From Peptococcaceae bacterium UBA4068 (lineage in GTDB: Bacteria > Bacillota > Dehalobacteriia > UBA4068), in contig DFZA01000006.1 of NCBI GenBank assembly GCA_002382665.1, positions 66,950-130,949 on the forward strand: DNA of 64,000 nucleotides, given 5' to 3'. Shown here in pieces: positions 9,976-20,567 of this stretch. The notes beneath the pieces were generated by a model that saw only the letters and a program-made list of their open reading frames with translations, did not search any database and had not been told where the DNA came from. The position numbers and the translations under genes were made by a program. The stretch's first letter is position 1. Each line of letters opens with the position of its first letter.

Positions 9976-11892
9976 ATGCAGCTTTGTATAGGACATAATT
10001 TAAGCAAAAGCTTCGGAGTCCGCGAACTTTTCAGCGGGCTTGATTTTGTGATTGACGAAAATAAACACATCGGCTTAATCGGCGCCAATGGTTGCGGTAA
10101 AACTACGCTGATGCGGATGATTGCCGGCATCAACTCTCCGGACAGCGGCGAGATCGTTTTTTCCCGCGAAGCTGTTTTAGGCTATATGGAGCAATATATT
10201 CTAAAAAGTGATGGCACGACACTTTATCAACAGGTAGCAACAGTATTTGACCATCTGGCAGCGATCGAGCGGCAACTTGCTACCAATAATGCGCTGCTGG
10301 AAAGCCAAGCCGACGCCGATTTAATATTACGCCAGCAACAATTACGCGACGATTTTGCAGCGGCAGGCGGTTATACTTACAAGGCGCGTTTACGCTCCGC
10401 ACTGTTAGGGCTGGGTTTCAGTGAAAGCGACTTTGAGCGCCCGATCTCATCCTTCAGCGGCGGAGAGTGTTCCAAAGCGTTGCTAGCCAAAGCATTGCTG
10501 GCCGAAGCTAATCTGCTATTGCTCGACGAACCGACTAACCATTTGGATATCAAGGCTATCGAATGGCTGGAAAATTACCTTACCGGTTATCGCGGCGCCT
10601 TTATCGTCGTCTCTCATGACCGCTATTTCCTTGATAAGGTTACCGATCAAACCTGGGAAATGGCATCACAGCAACTTTATAAATTTGACGGGAATTATAG
10701 CGCTTATGTAATACATAAACAGGCGCAGCAAGAAGCGGCTCTTGGACATTACGCCAATGTCAGCGGCGAAATAAAGCGTATTGAAAGCATCATTGAACAG
10801 CAACGCCGCTTTAATCAGGCCCGTAATTATAAGACGATCGCTTCCAAAGAAAAACAAATCACCAAATTGGCCGGAGAGCTGCCGATAGTAGAACAACAAC
10901 TTTCAAGTATCAAATTCCGCTTCGCTACCGCCCTGCCCGGCGGCAACGAAGTGTTACGCATCAAAGATCTGTCGGTTAACATCGACGGTAAACCATTATT
11001 TGCCAATCTTGACCTGGAGATCAACAAAGGCGAGCGGGTATTTCTGCTTGGACCCAACGGTTGCGGCAAAACAACACTGCTTAAACTAATCACCGGCGCA
11101 GAAGATATTGATAGCATCGGTATAATACGATTGGGAACCAATATCAATATCGGCTATTATGATCAGGTACAAAGCGAGCTAAAACACAATCACAGCCTGC
11201 TGGAGGAATTAACGGAATGTTTGCCAAAAGAAACGCAGACGCGCCTGCGTACGGCACTAGGATGTTTTCTTTTTTGCGGCGATGATGTAGGAAAGCTAGT
11301 CGGTGATTTAAGCGGTGGCGAACGCTCGCGCATGGAATTATTGAAACTGATGCTCTCTCCTGCCAATCTATTACTGCTCGACGAACCGAGCAACCATCTC
11401 GATATTAACAGCCGTGAAGCGGTTGAACAAGCTTTACTGAGCTACAACGGTACTATGTTAATCGTATCCCATGACCGCTATTTGATCAATAAACTGGCAA
11501 CCAAAATATATTATCTAACGCCCCGGGGCACAATGTGTTCATTAGGAAATTATGATGATTTTTTAATTAAACATCAAAATGAAATCGATCAGCAGACGAC
11601 AATAAACAAGCCGGAGAAGACTAGCAAAAGCAGTGTCAATGATTACAGGCAACACAAAGAAGAGGAAAAAAACCGCCGCCGGGCGCAAAAAAAGGTTGAA
11701 CAAACAGAAGCGCAAATAGCAGCTTTGGAAGCTGATCTGACCGCGATTGAGGCGATGATACAACAACCGCAAATTGCCGCTGATTATCAGCAATTGAGCC
11801 AACTTTGCGACAAGCGCGAACATATGCAAAAACAACTAGTCGAATTATATGACCAGTGGGAGCAGGTAACACAAGAAATAGATCAGTTATAA
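9976..11892 (+). CDS. ABC-F family ATPase (two ABC domains, no TM domain, C-terminal coiled coil)
   Basis: Two Walker A sites (GANGCGKTT, GPNGCGKTT) and two signatures (FSGGE, LSGGERSR). Charged coiled-coil tail. Start moved to the ATG at 9976 to give the GAGAGGA SD a proper spacing. Confidence 0.8.
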   Translation: MQLCIGHNLSKSFGVRELFSGLDFVIDENKHIGLIGANGCGKTTLMRMIAGINSPDSGEIVFSREAVLGYMEQYILKSDGTTLYQQVATVFDHLAAIERQLATNNALLESQADADLILRQQQLRDDFAAAGGYTYKARLRSALLGLGFSESDFERPISSFSGGECSKALLAKALLAEANLLLLDEPTNHLDIKAIEWLENYLTGYRGAFIVVSHDRYFLDKVTDQTWEMASQQLYKFDGNYSAYVIHKQAQQEAALGHYANVSGEIKRIESIIEQQRRFNQARNYKTIASKEKQITKLAGELPIVEQQLSSIKFRFATALPGGNEVLRIKDLSVNIDGKPLFANLDLEINKGERVFLLGPNGCGKTTLLKLITGAEDIDSIGIIRLGTNINIGYYDQVQSELKHNHSLLEELTECLPKETQTRLRTALGCFLFCGDDVGKLVGDLSGGERSRMELLKLMLSPANLLLLDEPSNHLDINSREAVEQALLSYNGTMLIVSHDRYLINKLATKIYYLTPRGTMCSLGNYDDFLIKHQNEIDQQTTINKPEKTSKSSVNDYRQHKEEEKNRRRAQKKVEQTEAQIAALEADLTAIEAMIQQPQIAADYQQLSQLCDKREHMQKQLVELYDQWEQVTQEIDQL

Positions 11893-11915
11893 GATTTAAA
11901 AGATTATTAGATAAC

Positions 11916-11950
11916 ATACAAAAAGAAAACGGTTGAATTATCAACCGTTT
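11916..11950 (+). terminator. Rho-independent terminator after ABC-F gene
   Basis: gaaaacggttgaattatcaaccgtttttc hairpin plus T-run. Confidence 0.6.
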
Positions 11951-11972
11951 TTCTTTTATTGAAAACACAATA

Positions 11973-12428
11973 TTATTTAAAAATTCCGTACCAAAATAAG
12001 CTATATATAGCTATTTGCAGTGGTTTGCAAGTTAATATTATTAATAAGAATCTTTTTAAACTGATACTGCTGAGGCCGGTGATCATACACAAAATGTCAT
12101 CCGGAAAACCGGGTGACAAGATCGCTATGGTAAAAAACAGTGGGTATCTTTTACTGTTTTCTACTTTACCTATATATTTGTCGTATAATCGTCTTGTTAA
12201 TGACTTAACAAACGGAGCGCCATAATAACGCCCCAGCAAGAAGTTAATGCTGCTGCCGATTGTCACACCGATATAATTATAAACAAAACCCCATACCGGG
12301 CCAAATAATAAAACTCCCGCCAAGCAAGTAAAGCCGCTGGGGAAAAATGGCATTACCACTAAAGCAATCTGCGTAGCTAAAAATAACACCGGGGCTAATA
12401 CGCCGGCTTCATTAACATACACAGCCAT
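11973..12428 (-). CDS. DedA/TVP38/TMEM64 (SNARE-associated) family membrane protein, possibly N-terminally truncated
   Basis: Conserved GRYYG and PGFPDD-like motifs of the DedA family. Only 151 aa. Confidence 0.55.
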   Translation of the reverse strand: MAVYVNEAGVLAPVLFLATQIALVVMPFFPSGFTCLAGVLLFGPVWGFVYNYIGVTIGSSINFLLGRYYGAPFVKSLTRRLYDKYIGKVENSKRYPLFFTIAILSPGFPDDILCMITGLSSISLKRFLLIILTCKPLQIAIYSLFWYGIFK

Positions 12429-12528
12429 TGCTTGCGAGTCGAATAATATACCCGCCTTTATGCCGATAATAAATAGGACAACAAGGAATGATAATCCGGC
12501 AATCGCAAATATATTTATTAAATTTTTA

Positions 12529-12607
12529 GCTGTTGTATTGCTTATTTTTGCTGTTGTATTGCTTATTTTTGCTGTTGTATTGCTTATTTTTGCTGTTGTA
12601 TTGCTTA
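12529..12607. repeat. 21-bp tandem repeat (gctgttgtattgcttattttt) x about 3.8 in divergent intergenic region
   Basis: Three perfect copies at 12529-12591 plus a 16-bp partial copy, read directly. Confidence 0.9.
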
Positions 12608-12699
12608 CAACAGGAGAAGCGTCGGTTTTAATAGTAATACCGCCTTTATACCTTTTTGTTTATTATGATAGAATGAAACGGCATTTATAGAGGAAAGTA

Positions 12700-13650
12700 A
12701 TGGAAAATCAAAAACTAAAAGCTCATATATTTGCGCTGATAACCATATTTATTTGGGGTTCGACATTTATTTCTACTAAGCTGTTATTAACAGATTTTAC
12801 TGCCCTGGAAATACTGCTCTACCGCTTTATAATCGGGTATTTAGTGTTGATTTTTATTTACCCGCAATCATATCGGCCCCAAAGTCTGCGTCAGGAACTA
12901 TATTTAGCCGCCGCAGGATTGACCGGAATAACTATTTATTATTTATTGGAAAATATTGCGCTTGAATACACTTATGCATCTAATGTCGGTACCCTAGTAT
13001 CTATAGCTCCGTTATTTACCGCTGTATTTGCTTACTATTTTCTCAAGAATGAGCGGCCCAGTAAGTTCTTTTATATCGGTTTTGCTCTTGCCATATATGG
13101 CGTAATCATCATTAGTTTCCAGAGTACAAATATTACCATTAACCCCAAAGGCGATATACTTTGTATTATTGCCGCCGTCTCATGGGGCGCTTACTCTATC
13201 TTTTGTAAAAAGATCAGCAACTTTGGTAATATCAATGCCACCTTAATGACTAAAAGAATTTTCTTTTACGGCATATTATTTATTTTGCCAATCGCCCTTT
13301 TCGAAAATTGGAATTGGCGAGGGCAACATTTTGCCGACCCGCTCAATCTGCTTAACATGCTTTATCTGGGAGTTGGCGCTTCCGCAATTTGTTTTACTAC
13401 CTGGAATTGGGCCATTGCCGAGTTGGGCGCCGTTAAAACCAGCGTTTATTTATATTTGACGCCGATAATAACCGTGATTGCTTCCGCACTGGTATTAAAT
13501 GAACCAATTACCAAAGCTTTAGTTATCGGCATAACTCTGATATTGGTAGGATTGATTGTTTCCGAATTAAAAAAGGAGTCGCATCGCGACGCCTTGATAA
13601 AAATAAATTTTGATAAAGAAAGATATTTACGCAGTAAAGAACACCGATAA
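12700..13650 (+). CDS. EamA/DMT-superfamily transporter
   Basis: 316 aa, 10 TM helices in two EamA-like halves. Confidence 0.7.
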   Translation: MENQKLKAHIFALITIFIWGSTFISTKLLLTDFTALEILLYRFIIGYLVLIFIYPQSYRPQSLRQELYLAAAGLTGITIYYLLENIALEYTYASNVGTLVSIAPLFTAVFAYYFLKNERPSKFFYIGFALAIYGVIIISFQSTNITINPKGDILCIIAAVSWGAYSIFCKKISNFGNINATLMTKRIFFYGILFILPIALFENWNWRGQHFADPLNLLNMLYLGVGASAICFTTWNWAIAELGAVKTSVYLYLTPIITVIASALVLNEPITKALVIGITLILVGLIVSELKKESHRDALIKINFDKERYLRSKEHR

Positions 13651-13758
13651 TATTTATATCAAGTTGTCACAGCGTCCTTTCTTCTCCCGAAGTTAACATG
13701 CCAAATGCTAATAATCATACCATAAAACATTGGCTGAAATTCCGATGTTTATTTTTAT

Positions 13759-14625
13759 TTATCTTTGCTTACCTAAAAAGAAAAGCGCCACCGTACCAGG
13801 ACCGCAGTGAGCGCCAACTACCGGATCGATTTGGTGGATCAATATTTCTTTGGCCTGGTAAAAATCCATAACCTTGGATTTAAGATACTCAGCACTTTCT
13901 AAACAATCGCCGTGGGTAATACATATATTTTGATTCAATCCCAAATAAGATTCTTTCATTTTATTCGCCAGAGTATCAAGCGACCTAGTCCTGCCGCGTA
14001 CCGTTTCAACCGGCACAAGCCGACCGTTATCATCAACATGCATGATCGGTTTAACTTGGAGCATGCCGCCAATCAATGCCTTGGCAGCTGAAATTCTGCC
14101 GCCGCGATATAAGTATTTTAAATCATCAACAGTAAACCAATGACATAAATTGCCGATATTTTTTTCTACCCAGTCGCTGACTTGAAAAATATTTTTTCCT
14201 TCTGCTCTCATTTGGCACGCATATTTGACAAGCAATCCTTGACCAAGTGAAGCCGATAAAGTATCTAAAGTAATAATAGTCTGCTGCGGATACTGTGTTT
14301 TTAATTTACTAAACACTTTGCATACTACGTCGTATGTGCTGCTAAGACGAGAAGAAAATCCCAGGTATAGAATGTTTTTCCCTGCTATCAGTAAAGGCTC
14401 TATCTGCTCTCTGACAGTTTCGGAATTGACGCAGGATGTAGTAATTTCTGCACCCTCCCGCATCATAATATAAAATTTAGTTAGATCATTATCCTGACCT
14501 TTTATATAACTTTTGTATTCCTGGCCATCAACAATAAAACTCAGAGATAAAACATGAATTGTTTGCTCATCTATAAAATTATCGGGCAAATTGGCGCATG
14601 TATCTGTAACAATCTCAAAGCTCAT
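13759..14625 (-). CDS. DegV-family fatty-acid-binding protein
   Basis: N-terminal IVTDTCANLP and overall DegV pattern. Start set to the internal ATG (MSFEIV) preceded by a GGAGGG SD. Confidence 0.8.
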   Translation of the reverse strand: MSFEIVTDTCANLPDNFIDEQTIHVLSLSFIVDGQEYKSYIKGQDNDLTKFYIMMREGAEITTSCVNSETVREQIEPLLIAGKNILYLGFSSRLSSTYDVVCKVFSKLKTQYPQQTIITLDTLSASLGQGLLVKYACQMRAEGKNIFQVSDWVEKNIGNLCHWFTVDDLKYLYRGGRISAAKALIGGMLQVKPIMHVDDNGRLVPVETVRGRTRSLDTLANKMKESYLGLNQNICITHGDCLESAEYLKSKVMDFYQAKEILIHQIDPVVGAHCGPGTVALFFLGKQR

Positions 14626-14809
14626 TATATGCCCTCCAAACAATACAACAACGACCAACAATTTATTTAGTATTTATTACTAAGTATAACATTATTAACA
14701 TTACGTGTCAACAAAATAGTTCGCTTGATCTTGCCTAATTTCAATATTTACTAAAGACAATTACTATGTTATAATAACGAGTAATTATTATTCTTTGCGA
14801 GGTGGATTT

Positions 14810-15307
14810 ATGAATATTATTGAAAAGAGTATTAATTTTCATTGTCCACGATGGCAGGAACTGCCGGACATAGGTTTATATATGGACCAGGTAGTCTGCA
14901 TCACTGAAGATCATTTAGGGTTCTTTGCTTTAGGTGGCGAAAATAAAATAGTCACATCAACAATGATCAATAACTATGTTAAACAAAAAATGATTGCGCC
15001 ACCTTATAAAAAGAAATATCAAAAATCTCATTTGGCTAGATTATTTATTATTTGTATTCTCAAACGTTGCTTCAGCATCTCGGAGACCGCCACCATTATC
15101 AACCTCTTGCTGCAAAAATATGATGAGCAAGAAGCTTATGATCTGTTTTGCAGCGAATTAGAAAATTCGCTGCAAATAGTATTTCAACCAGAAAAGATCC
15201 CGAGCAGCAATACTTCAACCGAACCAACAATGTTGCAAGCTGTTATGCGCGCCTTCGCCAACAAGACATATGCCCAATTAACAATCGACTATCTGCAAAA
15301 CAAATAA
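14810..15307 (+). CDS. DUF1836-like protein (commonly found adjacent to DegV)
   Basis: Small soluble protein divergent from DegV. Start placed at the ATG after a GAGGTGGA SD. Confidence 0.45.
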   Translation: MNIIEKSINFHCPRWQELPDIGLYMDQVVCITEDHLGFFALGGENKIVTSTMINNYVKQKMIAPPYKKKYQKSHLARLFIICILKRCFSISETATIINLLLQKYDEQEAYDLFCSELENSLQIVFQPEKIPSSNTSTEPTMLQAVMRAFANKTYAQLTIDYLQNK

Positions 15308-15317
15308 AATAAAACCA

Positions 15318-15346
15318 AGAGACGCCGAACTAATCGGCGTCTTATT
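15318..15346. terminator. Bidirectional terminator (agacgccgaactaatcggcgtct)
   Basis: Perfect 9-bp stem between convergent genes. Confidence 0.55.
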
Positions 15347-15397
15347 TATAATTAATCTTTAATTTTTTGCACTTCAGCCAATAATAACATGCGATGA

Positions 15398-16333
15398 TTA
15401 TCCACTGTTTGTGACAATAAACATTGGATAAAATAACTGATCTCGCAGCGGTTGATAATTATTGGTTAAATTAATAAAACCCTGCAAACTAAAAGGAGGC
15501 AAATAAATATGCTGCACCGTCGGTAATATAGTTGTAGTCAGGCTATAACCGCTGTCAATTTTAGACCTGGATATTATCCGCCCGGCAAACCGGTAAAATC
15601 CGCCGCTGCTGTGATAAACGGCATATGAAACACCATTTGTGGAATGATAGACGATTACCTCTCGATCCGCCAGCAATTGCAGGTACTCTTCCAAACAAAG
15701 GCCGTTTTTATAAATTAATTCGGCATGAGGCTGACCAACATAACGGATATGCCACGGCTCGTAAACATAGCCTGTAACCGCGGTTTTATCCTCAGGATAG
15801 CGAATAATAAAACCATATTTATAACAATTGGTGGTAATCCAATTCCCTGCCGCCGTGGTAGCAAACCGATTGTCCAAGGCATTATTAAGACTGGCGGTTG
15901 ACAAATCAACAGCCAATCCTGTCTGATGTTCGCTGAAGCCCGGTGGCGCGACAATGCCAGAAGCCAGCTTATGCGCCTCTGCATAATCATAACCCAGCAA
16001 ACGATAATATTTAATTTTGTTTTGATACAGGTGGGTTTGCCACGTATAATCGCGGTAGCCGTTAGTCGCGCGAATATCGCTGATACCCGCGGCCTGCATT
16101 GCTTTAACCATTTCACCTAACGCCTGGGCTGCGTCAACACGCAGGCGAACATCTGATGTTTTAGTCCGGATATAGGAATTCAGATAGACTAATTGCTGTG
16201 GAGTGTAGCCGCTGTTTAAAGCATGCTGACGGTTTACTAACATCAAACTATCAGTCGAGAGCGCCTCTGCTGTTGGCGAAAACAACATAATCAATATTAA
16301 TAACGAAATTATGATCATTAGCTTATCGCGCAT
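15398..16333 (-). CDS. VanY/M15-family D-alanyl-D-alanine carboxypeptidase with N-terminal signal/anchor
   Basis: SEHQTGLAVDL (SxHxxGxAxD) and EPWHIRY zinc-ligand motifs of VanY-type peptidases. Confidence 0.7.
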   Translation of the reverse strand: MRDKLMIIISLLILIMLFSPTAEALSTDSLMLVNRQHALNSGYTPQQLVYLNSYIRTKTSDVRLRVDAAQALGEMVKAMQAAGISDIRATNGYRDYTWQTHLYQNKIKYYRLLGYDYAEAHKLASGIVAPPGFSEHQTGLAVDLSTASLNNALDNRFATTAAGNWITTNCYKYGFIIRYPEDKTAVTGYVYEPWHIRYVGQPHAELIYKNGLCLEEYLQLLADREVIVYHSTNGVSYAVYHSSGGFYRFAGRIISRSKIDSGYSLTTTILPTVQHIYLPPFSLQGFINLTNNYQPLRDQLFYPMFIVTNSG

Positions 16334-16655
16334 TCTCCGCCTCCGTCTCGCAAATTGGACACTATTAAATAATTATATCATAATCCGATACAATACAAAA
16401 TAATTAGTTATCACTATATATCCTAGCCATCTTTACGGCAAACTGTCCGAAAACCCCTTATGCTATCAGGCTGTTGAGAAACAAGCCAGACTAGGCGGCG
16501 AGGATGGCCAGTTAGGGAGCGTACTAAAAGGTACGTGACCGACGCTGACCATCCTGACAACGACGTATGACGCAGTTTATGGACAGCCTGACGCAGTTGT
16601 TTATTGCATTAATTCTCTGTTTGGTGTAATATTTATGGGTAAAGGAGACTGGATA

Positions 16656-18248
16656 ATGAATCTAATTAGAAATTTTTCTGCTGAATATGAAGACTATCTG
16701 CACGACGAATCAAGAATAATCGGTACTGCCGATACCATAGCATTCCCTAAAACAGAAGACGAAATCAGAGAAATTGTCAGATATTGTGTCAATAATAATA
16801 TACCTATGACAGTGCAAGGCGGACGTACCGGCCTGACTGCCGCCGCCGTTCCTGAAGGCGGCCAGATTATCAATTTCAGCCGTATGAATAAAATAACTGC
16901 GGCCCGTTATGATGCTGAACAAAATGCCTTCTTTCTCAGCGTACAACCGGGGCTGCTTTTAGCGGAACTGCGAAAAGTTATTGATAATAAATCCTTCGAT
17001 ATCAGCAAATGGGATGAGCAATCCCGTGATGCGCTTACTTACTTTAGCGCCGGCAAGTGGACGTTTTCTCCCGACCCGACCGAAACTTCGGCAGCTATCG
17101 GCGGAATAATCGGCTGTAACGCTTCTGGCGCGCGCAGCTTTTATTTCGGGGCAGTTCGCCCTTATGTGGAAGCGCTGCGTATCGTACTGGCCGACGGTGA
17201 CCTTTTGGAGATCCGCCGTGGCGAAAATTTTGCAAATGGTCGTAGTTTTAGCCTCACTACAGTCAGCGGACACACCATCAGCGGTCAATTACCTACCTAC
17301 CAAATGCCTGTTACCAAAAATGCCGCCGGCTACTATATTGCCGACGATATGGATTTGATTGATTTATTTATCGGCAGCGAAGGTACACTGGGTATTATCA
17401 GTGCAGCCGAATTACGGTTAATACCGACCGCGCCGGTTGTCTGGGGTATCAGCTCATTCTTCAATGACGAAAAAACCGCGTTGCGTTTCGTACGGGCGCT
17501 GCGTCAGGAACAGCTCCCAGGTATCGCTGATATATTTAAACAACGTCCGGTCGCTATCGAATTTTTTAACCATAGTGCTCTGGCGCTTTTAAAAGAACAA
17601 AAACAGCATAATCCGGCTTTCTCACAAATCCAGGAGATTAAAGAAGGCAGCAATTGCGCCGTCTTTACCGAATTTCACAGCGAAAATGAAGAATATATGT
17701 GGCAATTACTGCGTGACCTGCTGCGCCTGCGCGAGCAACTGGGTGAAAAAGAGGACAACACCTGGGTAGCCACCAACAGCCGCGATATGGAAAAATTATT
17801 ATTTTTCCGTCATGCGGTACCGGAATGCGTTAATATGCTGATCGATCTGCGCCGCCAAAGCGACGCCAGCATCCGTAAACTTGGTACTGACATGGCAGTA
17901 CCCGATGATTATTTAGATGCAGCAATGGAAATGTATAACAGCGATCTACTTGCCAATCAACTTGACTTTGCAATTTGGGGCCATATCGGCAATAATCATC
18001 TGCATGTCAATATACTGCCGCGCAACGCTGAGGATTTTCGCCGCGGCAAAGAACTTTACGGTCAATGGGCCGGTAAAGTTACCTTCTGGGGCGGCACCGT
18101 TTCCGCTGAACACGGCATCGGTAAATTTAAAAAAGCTTTTTTATTGATTATGTACGGCGAAAAAAATATCGCGCAAATGCGCGATCTGAAAAAGCTATTT
18201 GATCCTTTGATGTTAATCAACCGCGGTAATATTTTTTCCGAACAATAG
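16656..18248 (+). CDS. FAD-linked oxidase (GlcD/D-lactate dehydrogenase-like)
   Basis: FAD-binding PCMH-type N-terminal domain (MTVQGGRTGLTAAAVP) plus C-terminal FAD-oxidase domain. Start set to the ATG with an AAGGAG SD. Confidence 0.7.
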   Translation: MNLIRNFSAEYEDYLHDESRIIGTADTIAFPKTEDEIREIVRYCVNNNIPMTVQGGRTGLTAAAVPEGGQIINFSRMNKITAARYDAEQNAFFLSVQPGLLLAELRKVIDNKSFDISKWDEQSRDALTYFSAGKWTFSPDPTETSAAIGGIIGCNASGARSFYFGAVRPYVEALRIVLADGDLLEIRRGENFANGRSFSLTTVSGHTISGQLPTYQMPVTKNAAGYYIADDMDLIDLFIGSEGTLGIISAAELRLIPTAPVVWGISSFFNDEKTALRFVRALRQEQLPGIADIFKQRPVAIEFFNHSALALLKEQKQHNPAFSQIQEIKEGSNCAVFTEFHSENEEYMWQLLRDLLRLREQLGEKEDNTWVATNSRDMEKLLFFRHAVPECVNMLIDLRRQSDASIRKLGTDMAVPDDYLDAAMEMYNSDLLANQLDFAIWGHIGNNHLHVNILPRNAEDFRRGKELYGQWAGKVTFWGGTVSAEHGIGKFKKAFLLIMYGEKNIAQMRDLKKLFDPLMLINRGNIFSEQ

Positions 18249-18269
18249 AACTGTCGAGGAGGAAATTTT

Positions 18270-19967
18270 TTGAAAGATTCTCAAGCTAGTACCATTATCG
18301 GTAATATCAAAAATACGCTGCGGCAAGCAATAACAGCAGCTTTTGAACAGGTGCGCGCTAACGACCAATTGACATACGAAGCTATGGCTGATTTTTTGGT
18401 TGAAGTGCCGCGTGAAGCAGCTCACGGCGATTTTTCCACCAACGCGGCAATGATGATGGCCAAAGCCTGCCATAAACCACCGCGTGTCATTGCCGAAATA
18501 ATAACCGCTGCTATTGATCAAAAATCAGCCGGTGTAAGCTCGATTGAAATTGCCGGTCCCGGTTTCATCAATTTCCGTATGCAAACTGATTGGCTCAATA
18601 AATGTCTGACCGAAATTATAGCCGCAGGAGAAAACTTCGGCCGCTCCCAAATCGGTAAAGGCCACAAGATACAGGTGGAATTCGTCAGCGCTAATCCTAC
18701 CGGCGAGCTGCATATGGGGAACGCGCGCGGCGCAGCCATCGGTGACAGCTTGGCCACGCTTCTGGATATGGCCGGGTTCAGCGTAGAACGCGAATTTTAT
18801 ATCAATGACGCCGGTAATCAAATCGAAAAATTCGCTTTGTCGTTGGAGGCGCGTTACCTGCAGTTACTGGGCAAAAATGTTGATTTTCCTGAAGACGGCT
18901 ATCATAGCAACGACATTATCAGGGTCATGGAACAATTCATTAGCGAAAACGGCGATAAATATCTCAGCTATGAACCGGAAATCAGGAAACCTATCTTTGC
19001 CGAATACGCTTTGGCAAGAAAAATCGCCGATATCAAGCAGGCTTTGGCTGATTTCGGCGTTAAATACGATGTATGGTTCAGTGAACGCACGCTGCACGAA
19101 AGCGGCGCAGTTGCCAATATCGTCAAATATCTGCAGGATCAAGGCTGGGTTTACAGCAAAGATGGTGCATTATGGCTTGATTGCCAACGTTTCGGCGAAG
19201 AAAAAGACGAAGTACTGGTCAGGGCCAATGGCATCCCCACCTATTTCGCCGCTGATATTGCCTACCACCAGAATAAATTCCAGCGTGGCTTTGAAACAGT
19301 AATAGATATTTGGGGCGCCGATCATCACGGCCATGTAGCGCGCATGAAAGGCGCGATGGAAGCAATTGGCTACCAAAGCAAGCAATTGGAAGTGCTGCTG
19401 ATGCAATTTGTCCGCCTCTATCAAAATGGCGAGATATTGAAAATGAGCAAGCGCACCGGCACCTATGTGACATTAAATGAGCTGGTCGAAGATGTTGGCC
19501 GCGATGCCGCCCGTTTCTTCTTTGTCATGCGCAGCGCCGACAGCCTGATCGATTTTGACCTCGACTTGGCCAAATCGCAAACGGCGGATAATCCTGTCTA
19601 TTATGTCCAATACGCTCATGCGCGCATCTGCTCTATCCTTGCCAATGCCGCTACTGCCGATTTGAGCCCGCAGGCAGACACAACTAAATTATCGCTGATT
19701 ACCGAGCCCTCCGAGCTATCTTTAATCCGCAAGCTGGCTGATTATCCCGACGAGGTGATTTTTGCAGCTGTCAACCGGGAACCCCAGCGCATTGCCACCT
19801 ATCTTCAGGAGGTCGCCGCAGCCTTTCATAATTTTTATGCCCATTGCCGGGTAGTCGGCGAAGAACATGATTTAAGTTTGGCACGTCTTTCGTTAATACA
19901 AGCGACTGCGCAAATAATCAAATCTGGATTAAAGGCAATAGGCGTTTCCGCTCCGGAGAAAATGTAA
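18270..19967 (+). CDS. argS: Arginine--tRNA ligase
   Basis: 565 aa. HIGH-type motif (ANPTGELHMGNARG), KMSKR-like MSKRTG motif, and DALR anticodon-binding C-terminus. Confidence 0.9.
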   Translation: MKDSQASTIIGNIKNTLRQAITAAFEQVRANDQLTYEAMADFLVEVPREAAHGDFSTNAAMMMAKACHKPPRVIAEIITAAIDQKSAGVSSIEIAGPGFINFRMQTDWLNKCLTEIIAAGENFGRSQIGKGHKIQVEFVSANPTGELHMGNARGAAIGDSLATLLDMAGFSVEREFYINDAGNQIEKFALSLEARYLQLLGKNVDFPEDGYHSNDIIRVMEQFISENGDKYLSYEPEIRKPIFAEYALARKIADIKQALADFGVKYDVWFSERTLHESGAVANIVKYLQDQGWVYSKDGALWLDCQRFGEEKDEVLVRANGIPTYFAADIAYHQNKFQRGFETVIDIWGADHHGHVARMKGAMEAIGYQSKQLEVLLMQFVRLYQNGEILKMSKRTGTYVTLNELVEDVGRDAARFFFVMRSADSLIDFDLDLAKSQTADNPVYYVQYAHARICSILANAATADLSPQADTTKLSLITEPSELSLIRKLADYPDEVIFAAVNREPQRIATYLQEVAAAFHNFYAHCRVVGEEHDLSLARLSLIQATAQIIKSGLKAIGVSAPEKM

Positions 19968-19975
19968 AATAAATA

Positions 19976-20017
19976 TAAAAAAATACCGGCTGGTTGAAAC
20001 CAGCCGGTATTTTTTTA
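19976..20017. terminator. Bidirectional Rho-independent terminator (ataccggctggtt / aaccagccggtat)
   Basis: 13-bp perfect stem flanked by A-run and T-run, between convergent argS and a lipoprotein gene. Confidence 0.7.
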
Positions 20018-20031
20018 TATTTTACTGATCT

Positions 20032-20547
20032 TTATTTTCCACTGACAATTTGCATCAAAGCCAGCAAATCGGCCTTTGTAGCATTAGTAACTATCATCAC
20101 AAAATAACTAGTATCGCTGTCCTTATCATAGGCCTCGGCAACACCATAGGTATTCGCGGTTGTTTCATCATTTTTGGAATAACGAAGGCGACAGGACATG
20201 CCGTTAATATCAACCTTTTTATCGTAATCAAATTTATCGTCTATTTTGGAGAGCGTAACGTTACCGGCGGATTGCATTACTACTACCTGACTACCGTTAT
20301 CAAGCTTAAAACTGACCTGTGAAACACTGTTTTCCAGAGCTGTTGTATCGACTTCAGTAACTTGCGTGGGTATCCGTACCGATACAGCGTTTTCACCCTC
20401 GCCAACCGTAACATCCTGCGACTTGGCAACATCAATTTTACTGGTTTGATCCTCAGTATCTTTTGTATTTTGTTTATCCGAACTGCTGCAAGCAACTAAA
20501 GTAAATGCTAAACAACATATCAATAACAAGAGCCATATTTTTTTCAT
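20032..20547 (-). CDS. Lipoprotein of unknown function
   Basis: Signal peptide with lipobox LVAC, 171 aa. Confidence 0.5.
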   Translation of the reverse strand: MKKIWLLLLICCLAFTLVACSSSDKQNTKDTEDQTSKIDVAKSQDVTVGEGENAVSVRIPTQVTEVDTTALENSVSQVSFKLDNGSQVVVMQSAGNVTLSKIDDKFDYDKKVDINGMSCRLRYSKNDETTANTYGVAEAYDKDSDTSYFVMIVTNATKADLLALMQIVSGK

Positions 20548-20567
20548 TAATACTTACCTCCTAAAAA

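Noticed and set aside
12460-12690. 76-aa ORF with repeated AVVLLIF heptads
   Set aside because: The repeat is simply the translation of the 21-bp DNA tandem repeat in an intergenic region. No RBS, and an implausible composition.
18248-18270. T-box leader for argS
   Set aside because: Only 21 nt separate the upstream gene from argS, so there is no room for a T-box. argS appears co-transcribed with the oxidase gene or uses an internal promoter.
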